Assembly: GCA_027306655.1 (NCBI GenBank) | Contig: DAHUZL010000160.1 | Span: forward strand, 1-46,956 | Length of the DNA: 46,956 bases | Direction of reading: 5' to 3' | Source: Candidatus Dormiibacterota bacterium | Lineage (GTDB): Bacteria > Chloroflexota > Dormibacteria > Aeolococcales > Bog-877 | Shown here: positions 36,246 through 45,618 of the stretch, in pieces | Position numbering within the stretch: position 1 is the first letter of the stretch | Layout: every line of letters begins with the position of its first letter | Made by a program: the position numbers and the translations under genes | Notes under the pieces: model-generated | Database searches by the model: none | Seen by the model: only the letters and a program-made list of their open reading frames with translations | What the model was told of the DNA's origin: nothing

Positions 36246-37508
36246 GTGGCCGCGGCGGAGGCGGCTCCGGCGCCGTCGCGCCGCCCCGTGACCCTCCCCG
36301 CCGAGGCCGACCTGGTCGTGGTGGGGGCCGGCACCATCGGCGGCTGGGCCGCCCACTTCGCCGCCGCCGACGGCACCGCGCGGGTGGTGGTGGTGGAGCG
36401 CGGGCTGGTCGGCCAGGGGGCCAGCAGCCGTGCCGCCGGGATGGTGCGGGCGCAGGCCGGCACCGCGGTGGCGACCGCGCTGGGGCGCTGGTCGATCGAC
36501 TTCTATGCCGGCCAGTCCGCCGGCCTCGGCACCGATTCCGGCTTCCGTCCCCTCGGCTACCTGCTCCTGGCCACCCGGGCCCGCGACGTCCGTGAGGGCC
36601 GGGCCCGGGCGGCGGTCCAGCGGGAGCTGGGGCTGGACGTTCGCTGGCTCGACCCGGAGGAGGCCAGCCGGGCGGTCCCGCTGCTGGCGCCGAGCGGTCA
36701 CCGGGGAGGCACCTACCACGCCGGCGACGGATGCATCGACCCGGTCCGCAACGTGAGGGCGTACACCCTGGCGATGGCGCGAACGGGCGTCCGGGTCCTG
36801 GAGCGCACCGAGCTGGTCGGCCTGCGCACCGAGGCCGGCGACGCCGGGTCACGCGTCACCGGGGTCACAACTCCCCGGGGGACGATCGCCACCCAGCGCG
36901 TCCTGCTCACCGGCGGTCCCCAGCTGGCCGAGCTCGGCCGCCGCTGCGGTCAGCGCATCCCTGTCGGTGGCGTCCGCCACCAGGTGGCGGTGACGGCGCC
37001 CCACCCCGCCTTCGCGGAGGGGCCCCAGACGATGGTGTACGACCTCGCCCGGGGGCTCTACTGGCGGGAGGAGGAGGGCGGTCTCCTGTTCGGGATGAGC
37101 AATCCCCAGGAGGCGCCGGGGCCGGCCACCGCGGTCGACTGGCGGTACCTCGACCGGATGCGCCGCCGCCTGGCCGGGTGGGTGCCGGTCACCCGCGGAC
37201 TGGAGCTTCGCAAGGTCTGGGCGGCCACGATCGACTACACCGCTGACCACCTGCCGATCCTCGGCCCGGGGCTGGACGACCGCGGCCGGCCGGTGGCGGG
37301 CCTCACCATCGCCGCTCCCGGCGGCCACGGCATGATGTGGGGTCCGGCGGTGGCCCGGGCCGGGGCGGACCTCGCGCTGCGCGGCCACACCGACGTCGTC
37401 GACGTCGGCGACCTCGGCCTCGACCGCTTCGACCCGCGGCGTCGCCGCCCGGTCGCGGGCGAGCCGATCGCGCTGCCCTTCCCGGTCATGGTCGAGGAAT
37501 CAGCGTAG
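36246..37508 (+). CDS. FAD-dependent amine/amino-acid oxidoreductase (sarcosine oxidase beta/DadA-like); start may be GTG at 36288
   Basis: VVGAGTIG, GASSRAAGMVR, GYLLLA, DGCIDP, WAATIDYTADHLPILG, GGHGMM.GP, LDRF. Confidence 0.9.
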   Translation: MAAAEAAPAPSRRPVTLPAEADLVVVGAGTIGGWAAHFAAADGTARVVVVERGLVGQGASSRAAGMVRAQAGTAVATALGRWSIDFYAGQSAGLGTDSGFRPLGYLLLATRARDVREGRARAAVQRELGLDVRWLDPEEASRAVPLLAPSGHRGGTYHAGDGCIDPVRNVRAYTLAMARTGVRVLERTELVGLRTEAGDAGSRVTGVTTPRGTIATQRVLLTGGPQLAELGRRCGQRIPVGGVRHQVAVTAPHPAFAEGPQTMVYDLARGLYWREEEGGLLFGMSNPQEAPGPATAVDWRYLDRMRRRLAGWVPVTRGLELRKVWAATIDYTADHLPILGPGLDDRGRPVAGLTIAAPGGHGMMWGPAVARAGADLALRGHTDVVDVGDLGLDRFDPRRRRPVAGEPIALPFPVMVEESA

Positions 37509-38868
37509 CCCGGGGGGCCGCCCGAGCCGGCACCCGGCGGCTCCGGGACCGGCCGGACGGGCAGCCGCAGCGGCGGCCGTGGCCCGAGGGCACCCTGCCC
37601 GGGAGCGGTCGGGCCGCGCGCTCTCCGACGGCCACGGCGGTCGGAGCGGTCGCCCCCTCCGCCGCCGGCGCGCGGCGGTCCGCTCCCAGCCCGCGCCAGA
37701 GCCAGGGCAGGAGCGCGACCGCGCCGAGGGCGAGTGCGCCGCTGACCACGAACGGGACCACGTCGCCGACCGCGAAGAGGAACCCGCCCACCGCCGCGCC
37801 GACCGCGGCCGCCCCCGTCTGCACGCTGGCGTACAGGCCCTGGCCGCGACCGGCCGCGCCGGGGCCGACGGCGCGCGCCAGCAGCGAGAGGGTGGCGGGA
37901 TAGCCGGCCGCCGAGAGGGTCGCCTCCACCGCGCTGAACGCGATCAGGAGCGCTGCCGACGGCAGGAACGGGTAGACGGCGGCGCAGCCGGCGGCCGCGG
38001 CCAGCGCGCTTCCGGCCAGCCAGCGCCGGTGGCCGTGGTCGGCCAGCCACCCGGCCGGCCCGCTCAGAAGGACCAGCGGGAGGGCGTAGAGCGCGAAGGA
38101 GATCCCGATCTCCCACCCGCTCGCGCCCCGGCTGTGCATGAGGAGGGTCCAGTCGGCCTCGTAGACGCCGAGCAGGAGCCCGCCCCCTGCGCCGACCGCC
38201 AGCACCCCGCGGAGGAGCCTCCAGTCGGGTGCCCACGCCGCTGCCGGCGCGGACCGCGCCCGCGCCCGGCGGCGGTGGGGCAGGGTCGCGTGCAGGACCA
38301 GGGCCGCCGCCACGGCGGCCGCCGCCCCCACGATGAAGACCAGGCTCACCGCGACGCCGGCCAGGAGGCTGCCGGCGATCGGCCCGACCACCATCCCGCC
38401 CATCTGGGCGGCCGACAGCTTCGCGTACGCGCGCCCGTGGCGGCGGGCGGGGACGAGGTCCACCACCAGCGCCTGGGCGGCGACGTCGGCGCCGCCCGCG
38501 GCCACGCCCTGCAGGGACCGCAGCAGGACGGCCAGCAGGGGCGAGCCGCCGAGCAGGAACCCGAGGGTCGCCAGCGCGTAGAGCCAGAGGCTGGCCTGGA
38601 GCAGCCGCCCCCGACCGATCCGGTCGGCGACCCGTCCGAGCGGGTACTGGGTGAGGAAGCTGGCCCCCAGGAAGGCGGCCATGGTGATGCCCACCATCCC
38701 CACCGGGACCCCGCGGTGGCGGAGGAGGAGGGGCAGGATCGGCAGGATCGCGGTCGCGCCGGCCCATTCGACGGCGACCGCCGTCATCAACCCGAGCAGC
38801 CCGAAGCCGCCGCGGCTGCCCACGGAGGCACCGCGGTCGGAACGAGGGGTCGACCACGGGGAGGTCAT
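37486..38868 (-). CDS. MFS transporter (drug:H+ antiporter-like); start uncertain
   Basis: About 12 hydrophobic segments; motif A GRVADRIGR, RSLQG, G.VVGPIAGS, GWLADHGHRR. Confidence 0.88.
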   Translation of the reverse strand: MTSPWSTPRSDRGASVGSRGGFGLLGLMTAVAVEWAGATAILPILPLLLRHRGVPVGMVGITMAAFLGASFLTQYPLGRVADRIGRGRLLQASLWLYALATLGFLLGGSPLLAVLLRSLQGVAAGGADVAAQALVVDLVPARRHGRAYAKLSAAQMGGMVVGPIAGSLLAGVAVSLVFIVGAAAAVAAALVLHATLPHRRRARARSAPAAAWAPDWRLLRGVLAVGAGGGLLLGVYEADWTLLMHSRGASGWEIGISFALYALPLVLLSGPAGWLADHGHRRWLAGSALAAAAGCAAVYPFLPSAALLIAFSAVEATLSAAGYPATLSLLARAVGPGAAGRGQGLYASVQTGAAAVGAAVGGFLFAVGDVVPFVVSGALALGAVALLPWLWRGLGADRRAPAAEGATAPTAVAVGERAARPLPGRVPSGHGRRCGCPSGRSRSRRVPARAAPRATLIPRP

Positions 38869-39089
38869 GGGGCACCTTGGGTGATTCACGGAGAGGGGGT
38901 CGGGAGGCGGGGGTGCGGGCACCGGTCCCCCGCCCGCCGGGCGCGAGGGCGCCCGGCGCGGAGGACCGGGACCCCGGCCGGTGTGGGTGGCGTCGGGGCG
39001 GCTGCCCTGTCGGGTCAGCCGCCGCTCGAGCGCTCTCCGGTGACGGCGCGACGGTCGCGCGTCAGCCGGAAGTCACACGTGCGCCGGGG

Positions 39090-39266
39090 TCAGCCAGCTG
39101 GGCCGGGGTCGGGCACGTCGGACCGGGCCGTGTAGGGGGCCAGCCGGAGATCCCTCACCGGGGCCGAGAGGCTCGAGCGGACCCTCTGGACGCGGCTCTC
39201 CACCGCACGGAGACGCCCGCGCATGCGGGATCCGCTGACGATCGGGGTCGGGGTGGAGGACTGCAT
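39090..39266 (-). CDS. Possible small protein (58 aa) downstream of a strong promoter
   Basis: ATG about 60 nt after the predicted TSS; MQSSTPTPIVSGSRMRGRLRAVESRVQRVRSSL...; no SD and no recognisable family. Confidence 0.3.
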   Translation of the reverse strand: MQSSTPTPIVSGSRMRGRLRAVESRVQRVRSSLSAPVRDLRLAPYTARSDVPDPGPAG

Positions 39267-39332
39267 GGGTCGGTGCCCGGCGGGTGCGGCCCCCGGGGGG
39301 CCGATCCGGTGGTGCCGTACGTATTTGTGAAT

Positions 39333-39361
39333 AGTATACCCGTATCGGGCCCGTTTGGCAA
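39333..39361 (-). promoter_or_regulatory. Near-consensus sigma70 promoter in an AT-rich patch
   Basis: Minus strand TTGCCA-N17-TATACT. Confidence 0.75.
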
Positions 39362-39388
39362 CCGACGGGGGCCGGGGCTCTTCCGGGT

Positions 39389-39907
39389 TCAGGCCGAGGC
39401 GGTGGCGGTCTCCCGCTCGGATCCGGAGGGCCGATCCGCCCGCCGGCGGGTGACCCTCGACGCCGTGCCCCCCGTCAGCCGGACCAGCACCGTGGTCAGG
39501 GCCTCGCGTTCGGCGCCACTCAGCGCGCCGAGCCACTCGTCCTCCGCGGCGACCACGGCCTGGTGGCAGCGCCGCCGCTCGGACCGTCCGGCCCGGGTCA
39601 GGGTGATCCGGTGGCGGCGGCGGTCGTCGAGGTCCGGGTCGCGCCGGACCAGGTCCCGGTGCTCCAGCTGGTCGAGCAGCCGGACCAGGTCGCCGGGATC
39701 CAGCCCCAGTGCCTCGCCCAGCTCTCGCTGGCAGCGGGGGCCGTGGCGGTCGAGCCAGGTCAGGATCGCGTACAGGGACAACCCCACGCCGCGGGCGGCG
39801 AGGTGGTGCGCGATCCGGCGGTGCGCCTCGGCCCCGACCCGATCGATGAGGGCGATGGGGTGGCCGACGACCTCCGCCGGCGGTCGACCGGAGCGGGCGA
39901 TCGGCAC
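39389..39907 (-). CDS. MarR family transcriptional regulator
   Basis: YAILTWL...GP.CQRELGEALGLDPGDLVRLLDQLE...LVRR.PD.DDRRRH.ITLT.AG; GTG at 39907 lies 7 nt after TAGACT. Confidence 0.88.
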   Translation of the reverse strand: MPIARSGRPPAEVVGHPIALIDRVGAEAHRRIAHHLAARGVGLSLYAILTWLDRHGPRCQRELGEALGLDPGDLVRLLDQLEHRDLVRRDPDLDDRRRHRITLTRAGRSERRRCHQAVVAAEDEWLGALSGAEREALTTVLVRLTGGTASRVTRRRADRPSGSERETATASA

Positions 39908-40031
39908 AGGAGGGAGTCTACGGCCGGCGGGTACGGCTGCCAATGTCCCGGCGGCGGGCCCGGGCTGAGGACTCGCCACCGTTCCCGGACCGCCGCGCCG
40001 CGGGTGGGCCCCGGTGCTACGATCGCCGGCC

Positions 40032-41948
40032 ATGCCCGATCTGGCGTCCGAGTTCGCCCACGCCCTGGCCCGAGCGGCGGCCGCACTGGGAGCCCCCGAC
40101 GGGGTGGACATCGGCGTGGAGCCGTCGGGAGAGCCCACCGCCGGGGACCTCTCGTCGCCGGTGGCGCAGCGGCTCGCCCGCCACCTCCGCCGGCCGCCGA
40201 TCGTGATCGCTGCCGAGCTCGCCGAGGCGGTGACCGCGGCCGGGATCCCCCACGTCGCCCTGGTGACCGTGAGCGGCCCCGGCTACGTGAACCTCCGTCT
40301 CGACGACGCCACCTATGCCCCCGCCGTGATCGCCGAGGCGCTGGCGCCCGCGGACGAGCGTCTGCTGGCGCCGGCCCGGGAGCGGGCCGGCAAGACCATC
40401 GTCGAGCACACCCAGGTCAACCCCAACAAGGCGGCCCACGTGGGCCATCTCCGCAATGCCTGCATCGGCGACACCATCACCCGCGTGCTGCGGGCGCGGG
40501 GGGTGCCGGTGGAGGTGCAGAACTACATCGACGACACCGGGGTGCAGGTGGCCGACGTGGTGGTCGGCCTCCGGCGGCTCGCCCTCAGCCAGGGCCGGGA
40601 TGAGCCGTTCGACCAGTTCTGCTCTCGGGTGTACGTCGAGATCTGCCGGCGCTACGAGGCCGAACCGGCGCTGGTGGAGGAGCGCCGTCGGACGCTCCAG
40701 GCGATCGAGGCCCGGGAGCAGCCGATCGCCGCGGAGGCGCGCGCGGTCACCACCCGGATCGTGGAGGCCAACCTCGCCACCATGGCGCGCCTCGGCATCG
40801 ACTACGACCTCCTCACCTGGGAGTCCGACATCCTGGAGCTCGGCTTCTGGCGGGCCGCCTTCGCCGAGATGCGGCGCGCCGAGATCCTGGAGCACCCGCT
40901 GGTCGGTCCGCTGGCCGGATGCTGGGTGCTGCCCAGGTCGGCGGTCGGCGAGTCCGGCGACGACGACGCCGGCGAATCCGGCGACAGCGCGAGCGGGGGC
41001 CCGGGGGCGGCGCGGGTGCTCGTCAAGAGCGACGGGGTCGCCACCTACACCGCCAAGGACGTCGCCAACCATCTGTGGAAGTTCGGCCTCCTGGAACAGG
41101 ACTTCCACTATCGCCGGTGGGCCCCGGGCGGGCCCGCCACCAGCAGCGCGGTGGCCGCCGACGGTGACCTGCCGGGCGGTCGGTTCGGCCACGGCGATCG
41201 AGTCGTCAACGTCATCGACCAGCGCCAGAGCGCCCCCCAGCTGGCGGTCCGAGAGGCGCTGCGGCGGCTCGGCCACCGCGCTCAGGCCGACGCCCTCCAC
41301 CACCTCGCCTATGAGGTCGTCGCCCTCTCCCCCGCCGCCGCTCGCAGCCTCGGCGTCGACACCGACGACGGCCGGTCGATGTATGCGATGAGTGGCCGTC
41401 GGGGAGCGGACGTCCGCGCCGACGCTCTGATCGACGAGGTGGGTCGGCGGGTGCGGGCGAAGGCCGGCGACGAGCGCACCGCCAACCGGCTGGCGGCGGC
41501 GGCGGTCCGCTACTACCTGCTCCGCTTCAGCCTCGGGGCGATCATCACCTTCGACTTCGACGAGGCGCTCCGCACCACCGGGAACACCGGCGTGTACCTC
41601 CAGTACGCCCACGCCCGGGCCTGCGGCATCCTCACCCGGGTCGCCCCCCTGAGCCTGCCCGAGCGGGCTCCCGCGCTGTCGGGACCGGAGCGCGAGCTGG
41701 TGAAGTGCATCGATCGCCTGCCGCAGGTGGTGGCGGCGGCGCATCGGTCCCTGGCGCCGGGCCTGGTGGCCACCTACGCGTTCCAGCTGGCAACCGCGTT
41801 CAACGACTTCTACGAGCACACCGGGCGGATCTACCGGATCGCGGACCCGGAGCTGCGCGGGTTCCGACGCGGCCTCGCCGACGCCGCCCGGGCGACCCTC
41901 GCCCGAGCCCTGGGCCTGCTCGGGATCGTCCCGCTCGACCGAATCTGA
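40032..41948 (+). CDS. argS: Arginine--tRNA ligase
   Basis: GPGYVN, EHTQVNPNKAAHVGHLRN (HIGH motif), NYIDDTG.Q, KSDG.ATY.AKD, MSGRRG, GNTGVYLQYAHARACGIL, FNDFY, DALR-type C-terminus. Confidence 0.96.
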   Translation: MPDLASEFAHALARAAAALGAPDGVDIGVEPSGEPTAGDLSSPVAQRLARHLRRPPIVIAAELAEAVTAAGIPHVALVTVSGPGYVNLRLDDATYAPAVIAEALAPADERLLAPARERAGKTIVEHTQVNPNKAAHVGHLRNACIGDTITRVLRARGVPVEVQNYIDDTGVQVADVVVGLRRLALSQGRDEPFDQFCSRVYVEICRRYEAEPALVEERRRTLQAIEAREQPIAAEARAVTTRIVEANLATMARLGIDYDLLTWESDILELGFWRAAFAEMRRAEILEHPLVGPLAGCWVLPRSAVGESGDDDAGESGDSASGGPGAARVLVKSDGVATYTAKDVANHLWKFGLLEQDFHYRRWAPGGPATSSAVAADGDLPGGRFGHGDRVVNVIDQRQSAPQLAVREALRRLGHRAQADALHHLAYEVVALSPAAARSLGVDTDDGRSMYAMSGRRGADVRADALIDEVGRRVRAKAGDERTANRLAAAAVRYYLLRFSLGAIITFDFDEALRTTGNTGVYLQYAHARACGILTRVAPLSLPERAPALSGPERELVKCIDRLPQVVAAAHRSLAPGLVATYAFQLATAFNDFYEHTGRIYRIADPELRGFRRGLADAARATLARALGLLGIVPLDRI

Positions 41949-42012
41949 TCCTCGGCCGGGTCCCCTGCTGGTGAGCCGGGGGGGCGACCGCCGCGGTGCA
42001 TACTCTCCCGCG

Positions 42013-42669
42013 ATGCCGGAGATCGCCCTGTTCCCGCTCCACGTGGTGCTCTTCCCCCACATGCCCCTGGAGCTGCACGTGTTCGAGCCCCGCTATCGTT
42101 CGATGCTGCGCGACTGCGAGGACAACGGCTCCAGCTTCGGGGTGATCGCGATCCGCCGCGGCTCCGAGGTGGGCGGGCCGGCCGACCCGCACCGGGTGGG
42201 GACGCTGGCCCGCATCGAGGGGGTGGAGCGGCGCGCCTCGGGGTCGATCACGGTCCAGGTGGCGGGCAGCGCCCGCTTCGAGGTGGTCCGCCTCGACCGG
42301 CGCCGGCCGTACTTGACGGCCGAGGTCGCCTACCTGCGCGATCGCCTCGACGACGAGGGCGAGGCCCGCGCCGTGGCCCGGGCCGCCCTGCACAGCTTCG
42401 CCGCCTACGCCCGCATCCTCCGGCAGCTGGCGAGCCGGCCGGAGGGGCCGATCGACCTGCCCGATGACCCCGAGTTGCTCTCGTACCTCATCCCCGCCAC
42501 CCTGGCGATCGAGCTGCCGGCCAAGCAGCGGCTGCTGGAGATGGACGGCACGGTGGAGCGGCTGCGTGAGGCCCTGCGCCTGCTCCGCCGCGAGCGTGCG
42601 CTTCTCGACCATCAGCTCGCGCCCCCGGTCCTGACCGCGATCCGACCCTCACGGCAGAGCGCCAACTGA
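42013..42669 (+). CDS. Lon protease N-terminal (substrate-binding) domain protein
   Basis: IALFPL.VVLFP..PL.LHVFEPRYRSML.DC, FGVI, VGTLARI, KQRLLE......RL. Confidence 0.9.
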   Translation: MPEIALFPLHVVLFPHMPLELHVFEPRYRSMLRDCEDNGSSFGVIAIRRGSEVGGPADPHRVGTLARIEGVERRASGSITVQVAGSARFEVVRLDRRRPYLTAEVAYLRDRLDDEGEARAVARAALHSFAAYARILRQLASRPEGPIDLPDDPELLSYLIPATLAIELPAKQRLLEMDGTVERLREALRLLRRERALLDHQLAPPVLTAIRPSRQSAN

Positions 42670-42714
42670 TCCCGGCCGGGATGCCCGGTCGCCCCCGGGG
42701 CAGGCGTCTCGCGG

Positions 42715-44223
42715 TCAGTGCAGGATGAGGATGAGGCGTTCCCCGGCCGGTCCCGTGAGGCTGCCGGGGAGGTACGACGGGCTCACCTGCACGGCGCGCG
42801 TCAGGTGCAGCGCGTACACGGCGGTGGCCCCGGTACCCCCGGTGGTCACCCCGGTGACCACCAGGCCCGGCGGGGGCGCCGGCACCGGGGTGCCGGGGCG
42901 GACTCCCTGGAGCTCCACGTCGAGCGTGGTGGCCCCGGCGAACCCGACCGTCGCCCGGGGGGCGCCCTGGCTGCCGATCAGCTGGAAGACGACCCAGAGT
43001 CCGTCGGGGTGCTCGCCGTATCGGGCGGTCTGGACGGTGTAGCCGGTGGCGGCGCCCCCCAGCGTGGTGGTGGCGGTGAGGGCGGGCAGGCTGCCCGCCC
43101 CGGGACCGGGACCCGTGGCGGGGGAGGTCGCCGCGGTCGGGGAGCTGCGGGCGGGGGAGGGAGCGGTGGTCGGCGAGGCGGCCGGGGGAGAGATGGCCGG
43201 GGTCGTCGCCACCGGGGGCCGACTCGGGTGGGTCGGGGGCCGCGTGGCGGGGTGGGACCGGGGCAGGGCCACGTGGAGGACGAGGAAGACCACCGCGAGC
43301 GCCACCGCCGCCGACGCGCCGACCCGCACCCCGGCGCTCTCGAGCAGGGCCGGCCGTCGACGCGGGGCCCGCCGGGGCGCCGTGGGGGCGCCGCGGCCGG
43401 GTCGATCGGGGCCGCCGCCCGCACCGCCGCCCGAGCCGCCACCGGCGCCGCTGGCGGATCCGCCGCCCGCAGCGCTGACCGGCGCCGCCTCCGTGGGACG
43501 GTCGCTCCGGCCCGCGGTCCTGGGAACCGCCTCCCTGGACCTCGCCCCCGGGCGGGCGCTGGCGACCACGATGGCGTCCGCGCCCGCCCCGGCCGCCGCG
43601 GCGATCCCGGTCTCCGCCGGCTCGGCGCGCGTCGGCGGCGTGTCGGCCGGGCGCTCGGCCGACGGGGGCGGGGGCGGGCTGGGGGCCACGGCCGCGGGGA
43701 AGGTCTCGGCCCGCGGGACGGCCGCCGCCGGGCGGAGGGGGTCATCCGGTACCGCGGGGGCGTGGAGGCCGTCCCCGAGCTCCGGCGCCGGCACCGGTGA
43801 CGGAGCGCGCCCTGCCCCCGCCGGCCGCCCCCGCACCTCCACCTCGACCCCGGGCGCGCCATCCGCCCCGTCTCCCGAGCGGTCGGTGAGGGCTCCGGCG
43901 AGGCTCGGGGGGTGCGGCGGGGGGGCGACCGAGGGGGCGGCCCGGTCCCGGGGGGCGGAGCGGGCCGCGCCGTCGACCACCGGCGCCGTACCCGTCGGCT
44001 CCGCCACCACCCGCGTCCGCTGGAGGAGGGCGTCGACGGTGCCGCCGGGCAGATGGATCCGCGGCAGGTTGGCGATCCGCTCGGTCTCCTCGCGCAGGTA
44101 CTGGAGGCCGATCTTGCAGCGCTCGCAGCCGACCAGATGGCTTTCCAGCTCCGCCTGGGTGGAGGTCGCCAGCTCCCCGTCGAGGGCACAGCTCAACGTC
44201 AGCAGGCTGCACTTGACGGTCAT
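42715..44223 (-). CDS. Membrane-anchored anti-sigma factor (ZAS/zf-HC2) with a long Pro/Ala linker and extracytoplasmic domain
   Basis: ATG at 44223 overlaps the sigma stop; C......S..LDGEL......LESHLVGCERC; TM helix ASAAVALAVVFLVLHVAL; beta-rich C-terminal domain. Confidence 0.8.
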   Translation of the reverse strand: MTVKCSLLTLSCALDGELATSTQAELESHLVGCERCKIGLQYLREETERIANLPRIHLPGGTVDALLQRTRVVAEPTGTAPVVDGAARSAPRDRAAPSVAPPPHPPSLAGALTDRSGDGADGAPGVEVEVRGRPAGAGRAPSPVPAPELGDGLHAPAVPDDPLRPAAAVPRAETFPAAVAPSPPPPPSAERPADTPPTRAEPAETGIAAAAGAGADAIVVASARPGARSREAVPRTAGRSDRPTEAAPVSAAGGGSASGAGGGSGGGAGGGPDRPGRGAPTAPRRAPRRRPALLESAGVRVGASAAVALAVVFLVLHVALPRSHPATRPPTHPSRPPVATTPAISPPAASPTTAPSPARSSPTAATSPATGPGPGAGSLPALTATTTLGGAATGYTVQTARYGEHPDGLWVVFQLIGSQGAPRATVGFAGATTLDVELQGVRPGTPVPAPPPGLVVTGVTTGGTGATAVYALHLTRAVQVSPSYLPGSLTGPAGERLILILH

Positions 44224-44744
44224 CAGAAGGCGATGTCCCGGTAGATCCCGCCGAATTCCCGTCGGGCCGCCGCGACCAGCCGGGCCGCGGTCTCCGGGGA
44301 GCACTCGAGGGCGATCCCCACGCCCTTGTAGTCGAGGCCGGCGAGGTCACGCAGGAGGAGCGCGGCGCGGCGGTCGACCGCCGTCGCCATCAGGGCCCGC
44401 TTGACGGTGTTCACGCGCGCCGCGGTGGCCACGTCGGCGCCCAGGCTGAGGAGCGGCACCGGCTTGCGGAACAGCTTGGCGATCCCCCGAGGTTCGGGGG
44501 GGAAGCGCTGCCGCTGCCGGCAGGCCCGGGTCACCGCCCGGAACAGGACGGCGACGCCCTCCCGCTCCAGGCTGGCCGAGGGGAATCGGCGCGCCTGGTG
44601 GATCCCGGCGGCGACGTAGTCGATCGCCTCCTGGGGATCCCCCACCAGATGGGTGGCGAAGGTCACCAGGGTGTCGACATGCTGGCGGACGAGGGCCTCC
44701 AGCGTGCTCGCGGCGGTCTCGGGCGGAGCTAGGACGGTGTTCAT
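44223..44744 (-). CDS. ECF-type RNA polymerase sigma factor, divergent
   Basis: Region 2-like LEALVRQHVDTLVTFATHLVGDPQEA.D; region 4 RRAALLLRDLAGLDYKGVGIALECS..T...LVAAARRE; coupled to the ZAS gene. Confidence 0.75.
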   Translation of the reverse strand: MNTVLAPPETAASTLEALVRQHVDTLVTFATHLVGDPQEAIDYVAAGIHQARRFPSASLEREGVAVLFRAVTRACRQRQRFPPEPRGIAKLFRKPVPLLSLGADVATAARVNTVKRALMATAVDRRAALLLRDLAGLDYKGVGIALECSPETAARLVAAARREFGGIYRDIAF

Positions 44745-44841
44745 GACGGAGCGTGCGGTGGCACGCGAGCTCGGGCGCAGCATACCCAGCCCGAGGGCGG
44801 CGCGCAACCCGGGGCCGGGTCCGACACCGTCCTCCGGGGCG

Positions 44842-45618
44842 TCATGGGCGCTCGATGACGACCCATTCACCGTCGGCGAGGGCCGGCGCGGCGGCCCCGA
44901 CGGCCGCGAACGCCGCCGCCGGGATCCCGATGTCGGCGAGCCAGCAGACGCCCGTGACCCCCGCCGCCGCCGCCCGCAGGCACCCCGTCTTGGCCGCTCC
45001 GAGCATGGCCGTATCGGTGGCGGTGACGCAGGGGTCGCCGGGAGCGCCGCTGCCGGCATCCAGCCCGCTGGGCAGGTCGATGCTGAGAACCCTCGGGGGC
45101 CGGGCCCGGTTGAGGCAGCGGATGGCGGTCGCCTCCGGCTCCCGGGGATCACCCCGGCCCCCGGTGCCGAGGAGCCCATCGACCGCGACCCGGGCCCCCG
45201 CCAGCGCCGCGTCCACCGCGGCGCCGACGCCATCCCCCGCCACCGCCCAGTGGGCGTCGAGCGGGCCGCTCCGGGCGGCGGCCCAGTGCCCGGCGGCCGG
45301 CGGGGCCAGCCGACCCGGGTCTCCGACCAGGACCAGGCGGACGGGAACGCCCCAGCCGGCGAGGTGGCGGGCGGCCACCAGCGCATCGCCCCCGTTGTTC
45401 CCGCGGCCGGCCAGGACGGCCACCGGGCCCCCACCGGCCTCGGCGCGGATCCGGTGGGCGAGCCGGGCACACTGGAATCCGGCCACCGCCATCAGCCCGT
45501 CGGTGGCGACGCCCAGGTCGGCGGCGGCCCGGTCGAGGCCGGCGGCCTGGGCCGCATCGACCGACGTCGTCCGGGCGGGGCGGCTCAGCGCCGAGCGCCC
45601 ATCGTCGTGGCCACCCAC
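44842..45618 (-). CDS. nnrE: NAD(P)H-hydrate epimerase (stand-alone YjeF-N); start uncertain
   Basis: LMAVAG, GRGNNGGDALVAARHL, VDGLLGTG, SIDLPSGLD, AKTG, LADIGIP. Confidence 0.88.
   Translation of the reverse strand: MGGHDDGRSALSRPARTTSVDAAQAAGLDRAAADLGVATDGLMAVAGFQCARLAHRIRAEAGGGPVAVLAGRGNNGGDALVAARHLAGWGVPVRLVLVGDPGRLAPPAAGHWAAARSGPLDAHWAVAGDGVGAAVDAALAGARVAVDGLLGTGGRGDPREPEATAIRCLNRARPPRVLSIDLPSGLDAGSGAPGDPCVTATDTAMLGAAKTGCLRAAAAGVTGVCWLADIGIPAAAFAAVGAAAPALADGEWVVIERP

Noticed and set aside
37579-42062. ORFs 37579..39135(+), 38877..39968(+) and 40017..42062(-)
   Set aside because: Shadows of the MFS, marR and argS genes.
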